Below are positions 48,201 through 61,800 of a stretch of 64,000 nt of DNA, piece after piece. Made by a program: the position numbers and the translations under genes. Source of the stretch: Anaeramoeba ignava BMAN (lineage: Eukaryota; Protista; Anaeramoebae); contig JAPDFW010000070.1 in assembly GCA_028826165.1 (NCBI GenBank), forward strand, positions 434,001 to 498,000, given 5' to 3'. A model generated the notes under the pieces. The model had not been told where the DNA came from and made no database searches. It saw nothing but the letters and a program-made list of their open reading frames with translations. Each line of letters opens with the position of its first letter. Within the stretch, counting starts at the first letter, position 1.

Positions 48201-51200
48201 AGCACAATCTCAAAAAAAGTCTATTTATCACTCCTAGAATTATCAAGCGCGCATTCTGCAACATTTATCGAGGATCCGCAGATCTTGATTCCCTAACAGA
48301 TTGCATCCGAAAAGTTGATCACATTATTTCCAAGGAAAAATATCAAAATATTATCCTCGAAAACGAACAATTTCTTACTCAAAAAGGCTTCACATTTTTC
48401 CCAATGCTTTCGATTAACGGAAGAATTTTCCCCAAAGGTTTGCCAATTCCTGATTTGATCAATGTTGCCAAAGAAGAAACATTCTATATTGAAGAGCTTG
48501 TTAAAAATTCCCAATTGACTAGCAAAGATGATTTCATGCAAAAATTATCCGATTCCCAAAACGTATTCAATAGATGGAATTTTGATGTTATAAGCACAAT
48601 TCCTACTTTTATTAATTTTGATCTTAATAATCCTTTCACAAGAGAATTTCTCGACACTATTCAATACTGGGAACCAACAGATCCATCGGATATAAAATCA
48701 ATCACAGTCTGGATTGTTGGAGATCTTCAATCAATAGAAACTGTGAAATTTTTGGAATTTTTCCATCAAAGTATTTTAGAAAATCAAAATCAAAAAGAAT
48801 ATAATATTCTCTCAGAATTGAGAATTGCTTTCATTCATGCCAAAGACCCATACCAAAAATCTCAGGAAAACCCAACATTCTCATCTTCAATTCTTTGTTT
48901 ATTGGGTCAAGACATTAATCAAAATTGTCGTAAATCATCAACTCCTTCTTCATTATTAAAAATACCGGAAAAAACAGTGCAAATCCACAAAGATTTTTAT
49001 AATCAATATCTATCTGATAAAATTAATATGGATTCACCAAATTTGATTCATTTCGTGATTAATGGAAGGCTTTTCTCAATTGATTTACAAGAACCACAAT
49101 CTTCATCTTTTGAAAATTTGCTTCTTTGTTTCCAATACGAATTTATCCAAAGATCGCAAAATATTAAGGATGAGATTCTGGCACAAATTGAACAAAAATC
49201 AACTGAAACGAAAAAAATCGATTCTTCCCGCGATATCAGTGATTTTGTATCAATAATATCGTCTAAAAAGGGAAATGAAAAAATTCAAAGAGTATATAAA
49301 GTCTCACAAAAAGATATTGAAAAAGTCCCAAACTTGATTCCCATTTTTTCCACGAATTTCTCTGAAAAAAATCAATCTTTTTATTCAGAGCTCACTTTAA
49401 TTCTTGATCCACTAACTCAGCACGCACAAAAATTAAGCCATATCGCACATGAAATACAGAAACATATCCCTCATCTAAAGCTCAATGTTCTGCTCAAGCC
49501 TCAATTAGACGCAGATTCAAACGCGAGATCCCTTGATATGATATATCGATATCTACTATCTGGAGAAATTGTATTCGATGAAAAAAACAACCAAAATGAT
49601 TTAAACAATATCATTGTTTTTACGGACATCCCACAAAACGAATCATTCACTTTATTTGAAGATGTTCCCTCAAACTGGATGGTCGAAAAAATATCCTCAA
49701 ATGCAGACACAACCGCAATTTATATTGACAAATGGAAGACAAAAGATATTCAAAACAAAAACAATTTTCTGTATGTGGATTATCAGTTATCAAGCATACT
49801 GACAACAGGAGTTTGCATGCACATCACCTCCAAAAATTTTGAGCGTTTGCCTCCTGCAGAAATACAGTTAATTGCAACAAAACAGCTTCTTCCTCTTTCA
49901 TCTTTCCAGACACAAGAAAAATCTCATTCCAAAGATTCAACATTTGTTATCATTTCTAATGGATATTTCCAATTGAAAACTGAACCTGGAATTTGGCGCA
50001 TAACTTTGAACGATGAAATTAAACCAGGATTCCAAATTTATAATAAAGAAACCCAACAAAATTTCACAGACATTTGGATCACAAGTTTTATTGGCAAAAC
50101 TGATTGTAATTTGAAAATCTTCAATACTCCTCATGCTCAAACCAAAAAAAGGAGCCCAAAAGACGAATCTAACGATCAAGAGCATATTGATATATTTGTT
50201 CCTACTTATGGAAACTTCCAAGAATGGTCTGCAAAAATATTAGCAATTTCCGTTGTAAAACACACAAATTCGCCAGTGAAATTTTGGTTTTTACAAAACT
50301 ATTTATCCCCAGAATTTAAAATGGAATTGCCTAAATTGGCTAGCAAATACAACTTCACTTATGGAACTGTTAGTTATAAATGGCCTGATTGGATTTATTA
50401 TAAACCCCATAAAGCAAGAATTTTATCAGCATTCAAAACTCTTTTTTTGGATGTTCTTTTCCCTGTAGATGTTGAAAGAATCATTATTCTAGACCCAGAA
50501 AAATTAATATGCAAAGATCTTCTTTCTCTTATGAAAATTGATTTTTCTTCTTATGGGATCGCAATTCCAAAAAATTGTTATTATCAAGATCATACAAAGC
50601 CATTTATTGAATGGAAAAAGGGATACTGGAATAAATATTTTCAAGATTTTCCTCAATCAAAGAACTCTTTCTATGTCGTTAATCTTGATATTTTCAGGAA
50701 AAGACCTTATAGTGATATTTATCGTAATTTGTATTACAAACTTTTTTTATTGTCTCCGAATTTGAATCCTCATTTCGATCAACATTTAATTCATTATTCT
50801 GAACAAACAATTCCTTTATTTATTCTTCCTCAAAATTGGCTTTGGTTTGATTTTCAATGTGGAATTGAGAAAATTTCAACTAATAAGACTTTTGATTTAT
50901 GTGCAAATGCATTTTCTGATGAAGTTTCTTTGCAAGTTTTTAATTTGATTAAGGATGAATGGAATTTATTAAACGAAGAATTAAAAAATGGAAATGAAAT
51001 TGAAATCAAAAATCAAATTAAAAATGAAAATGAAAATGAAAATGAAAATGAAAATGAAATCAAAAATGAAAATGAAAATGAAATTAAAAATGAAAATCAA
51101 AATGAAAATGAAAATGAAAATGAAAATGAAAATGAAAATGAAAATGAAAATGAAATTAAAAATGAAAATCAAAATGAAATTGAAAATGAAAATGAAAATC

Positions 51201-51424
51201 AAATTAAAAAGGAAAACGAAAATGAAATTAAAAATGAAAATGAAAATGAAATTGAAAATGAAAATGAAAATGAAAATGAAAATGAAAATGAAAATGAAAA
51301 TGAAAATGAAAATCAAATTGAAAATGAAAATGAAATTGAAAATGAAAATGAAATTGAAAATGAAATTGAAATTGAAATTGAAAATGAAAATCAAATCAAA
51401 AAGGAAAACGAAAAAGAACTTTAA
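45226..51424 (+). CDS. UGGT: UDP-glucose:glycoprotein glucosyltransferase (UGGT/Kre5 family) homologue with degenerate GT24 motifs
   Basis: Signal peptide; KWNKTPLIMEASEFF...FFWNF; exon 1 45226-45602, exon 2 46801-51424; IFPFDHIF; GYFQLKTEPGIWRITL; SVVKHTNSPVKFWFLQNYLSPEFK; YKWPDW; KTLFLDVLFP; C-terminal (EN)n tract and EKEL ER-retrieval-like signal. Confidence 0.92.
45630..46790. repeat. Intronic 11-bp repeat (AATTATAAATG/AATTATAAATT)n
   Basis: Fills UGGT intron 45603-46800. Confidence 0.9.
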
Positions 51425-52760
51425 AAAGAACTTTAATATAGAAAAAAATTAAAATGAAAATGAAAATGAAATCAAAAATGAAAATGAAAATGAAAATGAA
51501 AATGAAAATAAAAATGAAAATGAAAATTCAAATTAAAAATCAAAATGAAAATCAAATTAAAAATGAAAATGAAAATGAAAATGAAAATGAAATTGAAAAT
51601 GAAAATGAAAATCAAATTAAAAAATGAAAATGAAAATGAAATTAAAAATGAAAATGAAAATGAAAATGAAAATGAAAATGAAAATGAAAATGAAAATGAA
51701 AATGAAATTAAAAATGAAAATCAAAATGAAAATGAAAATGAAAATGAAAATGAAAATGAAAATGAAAATGAAAATTCAAATTAAAAATCAAAATGAAAAT
51801 GAAAATGAAAATGAAAATCAAATTAAAAATGAAAATGAAAATGAAAATGAAATTGAAATTGAAAATGAAATTAAAAATGAAAATCAAATTAAAAATGAAA
51901 ATCAAATTAAAATGAAATTGAAAATGAAAATGAAAATGAAAATGAAATTAAAAATGAAATTGAAAATGAAAATGAAATTGAAAATGAAAATGAAATTGAA
52001 ATTGAAAATCAAAATCAAATCAAAAAGGAAAACGAAAAAAAAGAACTTTAATATAGAAATCAAAAATGAAATTGAAATCAAAAATGAAAATTAAAAATAA
52101 AAATGAAAATGAAATTCAAATTAAAAATCAAATTGAAAATGAAAATGAAAATGAAAATGAAATCAAAAATGAAATTAAAAATGAAAATGAAAATGAAAAT
52201 TAAAATGAAAATGAAATCAAAAATGAAAATCAAAAATGAAAATGAAAATGAAAATGAAAATGAAAATTAAAATGAAATTGAAATTGAAAATGAAAATGAA
52301 AATGAAAATGAAAATAAAAATGAAAATGAAAATGAAATTAAAAATGAAAATGAAAATGAAAATGAAAATGAAAATGAAAATGAAATGAAAAATGAAATTA
52401 AAAATGAAAATGAAAATGAAAATGAAAATGAAAATGAAAATGAAATTAAAAATGAAAATGAAATTAAAAATGAAAATGAAAATGAAATTGAAAATGAAAA
52501 TGAAATTGAAAATGAAAATCAAAATGAAATTAAAATGAAAATGAAAATGAAAATGAAAATGAAAATGAAATCAAAAATGAAATTAAAAATGAAAATGAAA
52601 ATGAAAATTAAAATGAAAATCAAATTAAAAAGAAAAACGAAATTGAAAATCAAAAATGAAATCAAATTAAAAATGAAATTGAAATTGAAATTGAAAATGA
52701 AAATGAAAATCAAATTAAAAATGAAATTAAAATCAAAAATAAAATTGAAATTGAAATTAA
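50990..52760. repeat. (GAAAAT)n hexamer array spanning the UGGT C-terminal coding region and the downstream intergenic spacer
   Basis: Encodes (EN)n up to the stop at 51424, then continues about 1.3 kb non-coding. Confidence 0.9.
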
Positions 52761-52824
52761 AAAAATATTTCCATTTTCCATTTTTCATTTTTCATTTTTT
52801 TTTTAATTCTTTTTTCTTGTCTAA

Positions 52825-55800
52825 ATGAATTTAAATGAAAATCAAAATGAAATAGAAACTTCATTCAATTTTAAAGTTCTTTCAATATGTTGGCAAAATA
52901 TAGATGCATCACATTTTCCAGGAACATCATTTCTTCAAGAACTTTATACACTTTCATCAAAAAGAAAAAAATTCAAGAAAATTTTCAAATTAAATCAAGT
53001 TTTATTCATTGAAAAATTTCCACAATCACTTGAAATAAATGGATTAGAAACACAAGAAAAAGAAGAAGAACAAAAAGACAAACAACAAGATAGCGAGTTA
53101 TGGAAATGGAGAGGAGGAAACTTCAATGAATTCACACAAATCTGTTTTGAATCAAGAATTCCAGAAACTAAAAATTGGAGTGATAACACTGATGTTTCAA
53201 CGCTTAAACATATTCTCAAACACTTGTTGAAACACAGAGAATTCTACTCATTGAAGCATCAAGACAGAACCATATTCTCTTCTTTTATTGAAATGAATGT
53301 TTCTTTTCTGAATATTTTCCAAAGAAATTTTTTCCGAAGTTATTCTTCGGATTCACAAAACTTGGTTTATACTTGTCAACAGAAAAACTGCTACTGGAGG
53401 CAGCAAGCAGATCTCCAGCAATATAACTTTTCACAACAACACTCGTCACATCCAGCATTGCAGACAATGTTTTTCCAAATAGTGTCAAATCAATGGAGCG
53501 GATTAGAAAGAAACAATTGCGAAAAATTAATACAAATTTTGGATCATTTGGAAAAAAACCTCCGCAAAAGCTCCATTGCAGGAAACACCCAGATGAGCGA
53601 GCAAATATTTGACTCTCTGATAAATATAATTGCGCAGAATCACGATAATAAGGCTCTAGTTCAGCAAGCAGTAAGGACGCTGTTTTCCCTTGTGCTTTCC
53701 ACATAAATCACTCCATTTTGCATTGAAACTTTGCTTGGCATTTCTCGGCACGCCAAAGACATCAATATCTAATGATGAGAAATTGATACAACCTGTTCTC
53801 ACAACACCAGATGAAGTGAGTAAAAGCAAAACCAATTTTTCAATTGCATTTCCAAGTGTGTTTTTCAAAGACAAAATTTTCAATCTCAAATTTTTCTTCC
53901 GAACCATCAATGAATCTGGCATCAAAAAGCATCTTTATACAGAAGCAAGGGATCCTTACAAGACATTCCACATTCAATTCCCGCATTCCTTGAAGCAGAA
54001 CAAGCGAGAACAGTTTTTCGGATCAGTCACTTCAAGCGAGGCGTTTATTTATGTTCAAGATCTCCACTCTCTTTTAAAGATCGGCAACGGGAATTCGGGC
54101 ACAAAATACGGCGCTCTTTATTTATCAGCTCCGTTCCCGCGATCGCAAGAAACAGGATGGATTGTTTTTGTCTCTAATCGTTTGTTTTTTAGATCCCCAA
54201 ACACTTCGCCTTCAACTCTGACAGTAATCGATCCAAACACACTCAAAATCCTGGGGTGGATAAACCAGAATGGCAAGGGCACCATCCTTACAGAAGATAA
54301 TACAGACCATCTTTTTGCGCCTGAGGACGAAGAAATACGCTCCCCAATCATTACTGATGGAAAATTTATTTACATGATTTCCCAGTTTAGCAACACAAAA
54401 ATTTCCCAAACTAAGTTGATCATATCAGTGTTTGATCCGCAAAACGGAATGAAATTTGTGCGCAAGATTGGGTTGTGCAGAGAAAGTCGCTTCAATGGAG
54501 TTGAAAAATATATATTTCCAATCGATCCGAAATGTTCAAATTGTTCTTTTTTCACAAACGGTCATTTTTTAAGTGCAATTATTAAGGATTACCGCCGACA
54601 AAATAACGGCCAAATGGGGAATATAAATAGAGACACAAACCCTTCCCAAAGTGTTTGCACTCAGTTGATATTTTCGCTAGAAAGTGGATTGCAAGTTGAT
54701 AAAACCAGTTTTTTGGATCATGAAATCATCTCTTCTGAACCTACTAATTTCGCAACTTGTTATGATCCCTTTTTAAATTTGGTATGGTGCTATTTCCCGG
54801 AAAGTATGACTCTGTACGCTTTTGGAAACGAGGGTGGCACATCCACTCTTAGTGGAAAAGAGAAGCTTGACGATTACATCAAAAATTCAAACACAAATAC
54901 AAACAACAAAAAAAACTCGAATGAAAACAATATTTTGGACAATACCTATCTCCAAAAAATAATGAATCAAGAATCATCAACTGTGCAACAAGCAATCGAT
55001 GGATTAGTTTATGTGCTTGCGAATATGGCGAGCGACTACATGCCTACCCATCCTTTTGAATTCTGTCCTATGGGCGCCTTTGAGCCAGTTGTGCCTTTCG
55101 TTGTCGATGGTATTTCAAATTCTCATACTAATTTGCGCCATCTTCTCCAATTGCTTCAGCTTGGTGTTGATTCACAGCGTGTCGGTATTGTTCTCAGTTG
55201 CTTGATTCTTCTTAAGGCAAATTTCTTTTTCTTATCCCGAAAAAAATTTACTCGTTCCACTTTTTCTGATACATTTAATTTTCGTCAAAAAATCAATCAA
55301 AATGCTCTCATTGCTCATCAAATTGGCAATTTGTTGCATAATCTTGTTGTTGGTTATCAAGGAAGCTACGAGACACTGATTGTTTCTCAAGCAACACAAA
55401 CACTTCTTTGTGGAAACCGCAAGGTGCTGAAAAGTGATGAGGATTGGTTACTCTTGTTAATTTACGAATTGAATTCAAACAAGCCACGTTTGGATATTTT
55501 TATGGAAACACTTTTTATTGAAATGATCCAAGATACAGAATCCTTTATTCAGTCAACAATTATTTCTGTACTGGATTCAATAAGAGAAGTTGGGTTAAAA
55601 GAAGATCCAAATTTAAACCAAGATCCAAATTTAAATTTAAATCAAAATCAAAATCAAAACCAAAATCAAAATCAAAATCAAGATCCAAATTTAAACCAAA
55701 ACCAAAACCAAAATCAAAATCAAAACCAAAATCAAAATCAAATTCAAATTAAATACGAAATTTCACTTGATATAATCGTCAAATATTTAATTGCATTTAT

Positions 55801-58800
55801 CAAAAATAAGCATCTCCAAACAATATCACTTCTAGAAAAAATTCTCAAATTCTTGCTCAGTGTTCCCTTTTCATCCGCAGAAATCCTACTTGGCAAATTA
55901 ATACCTGAAATTTTGACATTTCTCATAACAAATCTCTCAAATACATTGAACACAATTATTCGAGAAGATCAAACAATGACAAAAAAATACTCTCCATTTT
56001 TACTCAACACAACAATGAGCAACATGCTTTATTCACTACCAATGCAGAATCAGGGATTCAATCAAGCAGCAGAGTTATGGAGAGATATGAATTTAATCAA
56101 AAATGTTGTATTGACAAACGAACATGAAAATTCACTTAAATCATGGTTTCTTGAAGATCCAGTTTCAAGAACACTTTCTTTTCTTGTTCTTTCTCTATAC
56201 ACATCCGCTTCAGTAAATCAGTCAATTTCACTGAAATTTGCTGATACTCTTCTTTCTCCACTTGAAAACTTCGCAAATATTCTTGACCGAATAAATATCA
56301 TCGCAAATCTTGACACTTCTCATTCCCAATTCGAACTTTACACTGCTTTGAACCAAATTTACAATCTGTTACTTGCTCCCAAAATATACTGCAAAATTTC
56401 AGAAACTTCCCATCCTTATAATCCAGGTGTTTCTTTTCGTCAAACATTCAAAATTGATGGTGCTCATTCACTCACTTTGATTTTTGATGAAAGATCTTCT
56501 CTTTTACAGGGAGATTATTTGGATTTACTTGATCCCCAGCATCCAAATGCCAAAATTTCCGAGAGATTTTACGGAACACACCAAAAATGGACTCAAAGAA
56601 GAATTATTGTTCCTGGTGATTCTGTTGTTTTTAGTTTCTATTCATCTTCTCGTCACATCTCCCAAAAGAATTATAAGAATCCAAAACAATCCATGAACAA
56701 TTCTCCTTCTTTCTGGGGATATCGTTGCCATATCATCGGAAACATTGAACCTTCTTCCTCTTGGAAATCAATTTCCCTCTTTTTAGAAGCAATTACACTT
56801 AACGTTATTGGAAAACTCATCGATATTTTCATCCAAGAAGATACCTCTTTGACTCAAAACAAAAACTCAAGCAAAAACATGTTTTGATTCTAATCCTTTC
56901 CTTCAGAATAACTCAAATTTAGATTTAACCCAAAACAACCTTTTCCCCAAAACTTCATTCGACAAAACAAGAAGAAAACAGCAAATCAAAATGAGTATTC
57001 GTCTCGAATATCAGCACAGATTAACACGGTCGTTCGAAATCATCACAAGATTGCTTCAATTTATTAAGTATCCGTTTATGAAAGATGAGCTTCTGAACAG
57101 CTACAAACAAACATTGATCCGACTCGGTATTTTAGGAAACAATGTGGACCAAAGTTTGAAACTAACTTCCCAATTTACTCTTCAAACAAGAGAAGCATTT
57201 CATGTACTTTTGGATAAGTTGGTCCAAATCATGCAAGATCCAAAAGAAAATCCTTTTCTTCGGAGAATATCCTCTCATTTCCTTTCCCTTAAGTTCAGTC
57301 TTGAGGATCATGAGTTTTTAACAACTCACAAAATTATTGAAAAGCTTGAGTACATCATTGGTGTTTCATTTACTCAATTTATCCAACCTGAAGAAATGAA
57401 TACAAGAAAAAATGAACTCAAAAACTATTTTGATTACAACATCCACCGCTTCAGAGTTGATTTACTCACATATTTTGAATTTTGTGGATATGGAATTTTG
57501 ATGGATAAGCCAACTCCTGAATTTATTAAGAATCGATTGAGAAATCACAACTCTTCATTTCTTGTTAAAATGAATCTTTTTGAAGGAAAACAAATTTTCA
57601 TGACCAAACTGCAATATTCCTATTATTTGGCAATTTATTCCAAAATTGAAACCTTTTTATATTCTCAGAAAGCTCATCTTTATTCTGCTTTTCTGAGGTT
57701 TCTATATTTTGTGGCTCATTTATCTTTTGCTCGAGAAATTTTTGGAAATATTGATATAATTTCTTTATTGATAAAAATTCTTAATCAAGGAAATGGAATT
57801 TCTCAAATATTAGTTTTGGATATTTTCCGTGTTCTTCTTCCTGGTTTTAATCCCAGAAGTTTGATTAATGATTTATCAGTAAATGCATCTATTCTTTCAT
57901 ATCTTTTATATTTTGTTGGTTCAAATTCTTCATTTGGAAGTTTGAATAATTTTAGTATACCAGATTTATTAATAGATTTAAGTGAAATTAATTTGAAGAT
58001 GCCATTATTTCTTCGAGGTGATGAAGAACGTAAAAGCCAAAATATAAATGAAAATCAAAATATAAATTTAAATCAAAATATAAATGAAAATGAAAATTTA
58101 AATGAAAATGAAAATTTAAATGAAAATGAAAATGAAAATAAAATTGAAAATGAAAATAAAATTGAAAATGAAAATGAAAATATAAATCAAAATATAAATG
58201 AAAATATAAATCAAAATATAAATGAAAATATAAATCAAAATATAAATCAAAATGAAAATATAAATTTAAATATAAATCAAAATATAAATGAAAATATAAA
58301 TCAAAATGAAATTAAAAATTTAAATGAAATTATAAATCAAAATATAAATCAAAATATAAATGAAAATATAAATGAAAATCAAAATGAAAATGAAAATGAA
58401 ATTCAAAATGAAATTCAAATTATAAATCAAAATGAAAATGAAATTATAAATCAAAATATAAATGAAAATATAAATGAAAATCAAAATATAAATCAAAATC
58501 AAAATGAAAATGAAATTCAAAATGAAATTCAAAATGAAATTCAAATTCAAAATCAAAATGAAAATATAAATGAAAATCAAAATATAAATCAAAATCAAAA
58601 TTTAAATATAAATAAAAATCAAAATCAAAATGAAAATCAAAATATAAATAAAAATCAAAATGAAAATATAAATCAAAATATAAATATAAATGAAAATCAA
58701 AATATAAATAAAAATGAAAATAATGAAAATAATGAAAATATAAATGAAAATGAAATTCAAAATGAAAATCAAATTCAAAATCAAAATTTAAATAAAAATC

Positions 58801-61800
58801 AAAATCAAAATCAAATTCAAAATCAAAATTTAAATCAAAATCAAAATTTAAGTCAAAATCAAAATTTAAATCAAAATCAAAATCAAAATGAAATTCAAAA
58901 TGAAATTCAAAATGAAATTCAAAATATTTTTTATAGTCCTGAAAAAGAAATCGAAAATTATATAAACTCAAACTTGAAAAATGATATGTTTGGAGAATTC
59001 ATTCCTTTTGATGTATCAATAATGATTAAATGGGCAACTAAATTATTCCAAAATAAGTGTAATCATCAATCCCTTCTTTTTGAAGAAAATCAATTATTAT
59101 CACCGTTCAATTTTGAAGATCAAATATTTGATAAAGTTCCATCAAAATGGTTTAGTAAAACACTCCAAATCAAAAACAAAACAACAATAAGAAAATATGG
59201 AAATCAATATTCTTCCAAAATCACGAAAAAAGATATTGCATGGGGAAATTTATATATCCCAAAACAACTTAAAATATTTTATTTTGAAGTAAAAATTGTT
59301 GAAGAAAAATCAGTCATAATAGAGCCAAATCAAAGAAACATCATACAGTTTAACAATCAAGACAAATTCCAAAATAATATTTTGATTGGATTTTCCCAAA
59401 TACAAAACATTCAAGATATTAACGAATTTACATTCTTCTCAAAAACAGGAAATAAAAATCGGAGAATATTCCATAAGCAGCATCCAAGAAGATGGAATAT
59501 AAATATTCACAACATTGATCAAGAATATTTTGATTCAATCAACAAATCATCCTATTTGAATATTGATTCAAGTGATTTTGGTGAGGAATATGGACAACCT
59601 TTTGGGATTGGAGATATTATCGGATGTGGATATAATAGTGAAAATGGAACTATTTTCTTTACAAAAAACGGACAGAATTTGGGTGTTGGATTTCGAAATG
59701 TTTATGGAAATTTGTATCCAATAATAATTTTGGAAATGGATGAAATTTTTATAGAAACAAATTTTGGAAGACAGAAATTTGTTTATGATTTCCAAAAATC
59801 ACTCCAAAGAAATTCGAAAGATGAAGCGAATAATATTCTTGAACGAGGATTTTTTCGATCGCGAGTTCTTGCTGGAGAGACTGTGATTCTCTTGCGCAAA
59901 TTAAGTCAAGTGTGTTTGTGGAGAGAAGCAATGATTGAACTGTTTGACGATATTTTTGAAAATGCACAAAAGTTATACTCTGATATTGAGAACAAAGAAC
60001 CTTTCAAGCAAAATAACTATAAAATATTTGAGCTTGGAGGAGCACTAGCGGTTCTTGGTGGATATATTGAGTTTTTGCGTGTTGGTTGCTTGGCAAAAAT
60101 AGATATTTATAAATTGAATGAAACAAGATGCACAATTTCCAAATCAACTCTGAAACTCAAGGGTGTTGTTATTGATTATTCTCCAAGCCATTCATTGGCA
60201 AATATTCTGATTCAAAATGATGACACAAAAGAAAATGATATTGTGGAAATTTTTGTGGATGATATTATTCCTGTGGAAGAAATCAAACCAGAACCCTTTT
60301 ATTTTTTGAATGATAAAAGATTTCAATGGATTTCAAATATTATTGATTTTAAACCTGACAAAAAAGAGCAAGATTCATTGAGTTTGCTATTTCTTCATTA
60401 TAGAACCCAAGCAATGATTGTTATTGAGAAAAATTTCAAGTTTTTCATTAAGCAATATAAATTACTTGAGAAGGAAGAAGAAGAAAAAAAAATTAGTTAT
60501 AATAATAAAAAAGAAAATACTAAAGAAAATATTAAAGAAAATACTAAAGAAAATACTAAAGAAAATACTAAAGAAAATATTAAAGAAAATACTAAAGAAA
60601 ATACTAAAGAAAATATTAAAGAAAATACTAAAGAAAATATTAGATTAAGTTGTGTATCCCAAAGTTTTGGAAGTTGTAAAAATGCACGAATACCAAAAGT
60701 TTTTTTGGCAAAAATGATATCAATTGCAATTGGGAATCACGTTAAAACATTTCCAGCTATTATTAAAAATATGAGATTAAAGGAAGTTGAATTGATGAAG
60801 GAAATGTATATAAATAATTTCCAAGAATATGGAAATTCAAAATATATCCAAGAATATGAAAACACAAAAAATATCATTGAAAAAAAAAACAGAAAAGAAT
60901 TCAAAACAACTTCAGGAAAAGATTTGGATAGGAAAGAATGGAAACACAACGCAATCGAGCAAATCACAAACACAGAACTAAAACCATCGAAAAAATATAA
61001 CACAGCACCACGATTTGATTCATCTTTAATGAAAATACGCCGCAGTTCTTTGCCTAAATCAAAAGCGCAAACAAGACAAAATATTTGGGAAAGTTTTAAA
61101 GTTGGGGATTTGGTAGTATTTTCTCCAGAAATACCGATGAAATTTCATAAGACTTCTCAGTCTTATTGGAGCTCTGCAATGAGCAAATTTGTGAACAAGA
61201 TTGGAGTGATTGTTGAGAAAAGTCACACAGGATTGTATGTGTTTGTCAAGTTCTTTAATGATGAGTGCGGTTTGTCTCATAAATGGTGGGTTGGGAAACA
61301 GGACATAATTAAACAACAAAGCCAAAGTGATTGGGATATACATCTTAGCAATATTGCAAATGGAAATGCAGATGGGCAGCATCTTGTGAGAATTATTGAC
61401 AAAATGCAGAATGAATTATTGGTGTGTTATGCCCGCAAAATTGTGTTTAAATACTTGAAAATATTCACTCTTCATTCGATTCACAAACACAAAAACGCAG
61501 AGAATATTAACAAGAAATGCAGCTATAAATCAAACATTCATATTGTAGACTCCAAAATGCTTATTGAATTGTTGGAAATCTCAATATCAAACAATAAGTT
61601 TGAAAAATTGTTCCAGAAATTTCTCACTGTGTTTGCAATATCAAAAAGCAAAAGTATCGCTAAAACAGCGCATAACTTCTCTGTTGTTTCCGTTCTTGCA
61701 CAATGGCTCAAAGAACGAATGGATTATCTTTCACAAAAAAACCAGGAAAAGAATCAAAGCATAATCGTTGAAACTCAACATCCTTTAGCAAGTGAAAAAT

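Noticed and set aside
32650-52828. ORF-track entries such as ILILIL, FDFDF, MKMKMK, FIFIF, LLNLLL and the antisense ORFs over real genes
   Set aside because: These are translations of hexamer or 12-mer repeats lacking stops, or shadows of real CDSs.
36200-56890. Programmed +1 ribosomal frameshifting (Euplotes-like), since breaks at ~36215, ~37750, ~43190, ~53700 and ~56883 are all +1
   Set aside because: There is no shared slippery/stop motif. At 37750 homology places the shift ~28 codons before the stop. Most sites lie at homopolymers, and other breaks (2080, 26181) are -1. Long-read consensus errors are the simpler explanation; check with short reads.
58029-58936. N-rich tract as a GT-AG intron
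   Set aside because: The candidate donor (phase 1) and acceptor (phase 2) are incompatible, and the tract is open and in frame.
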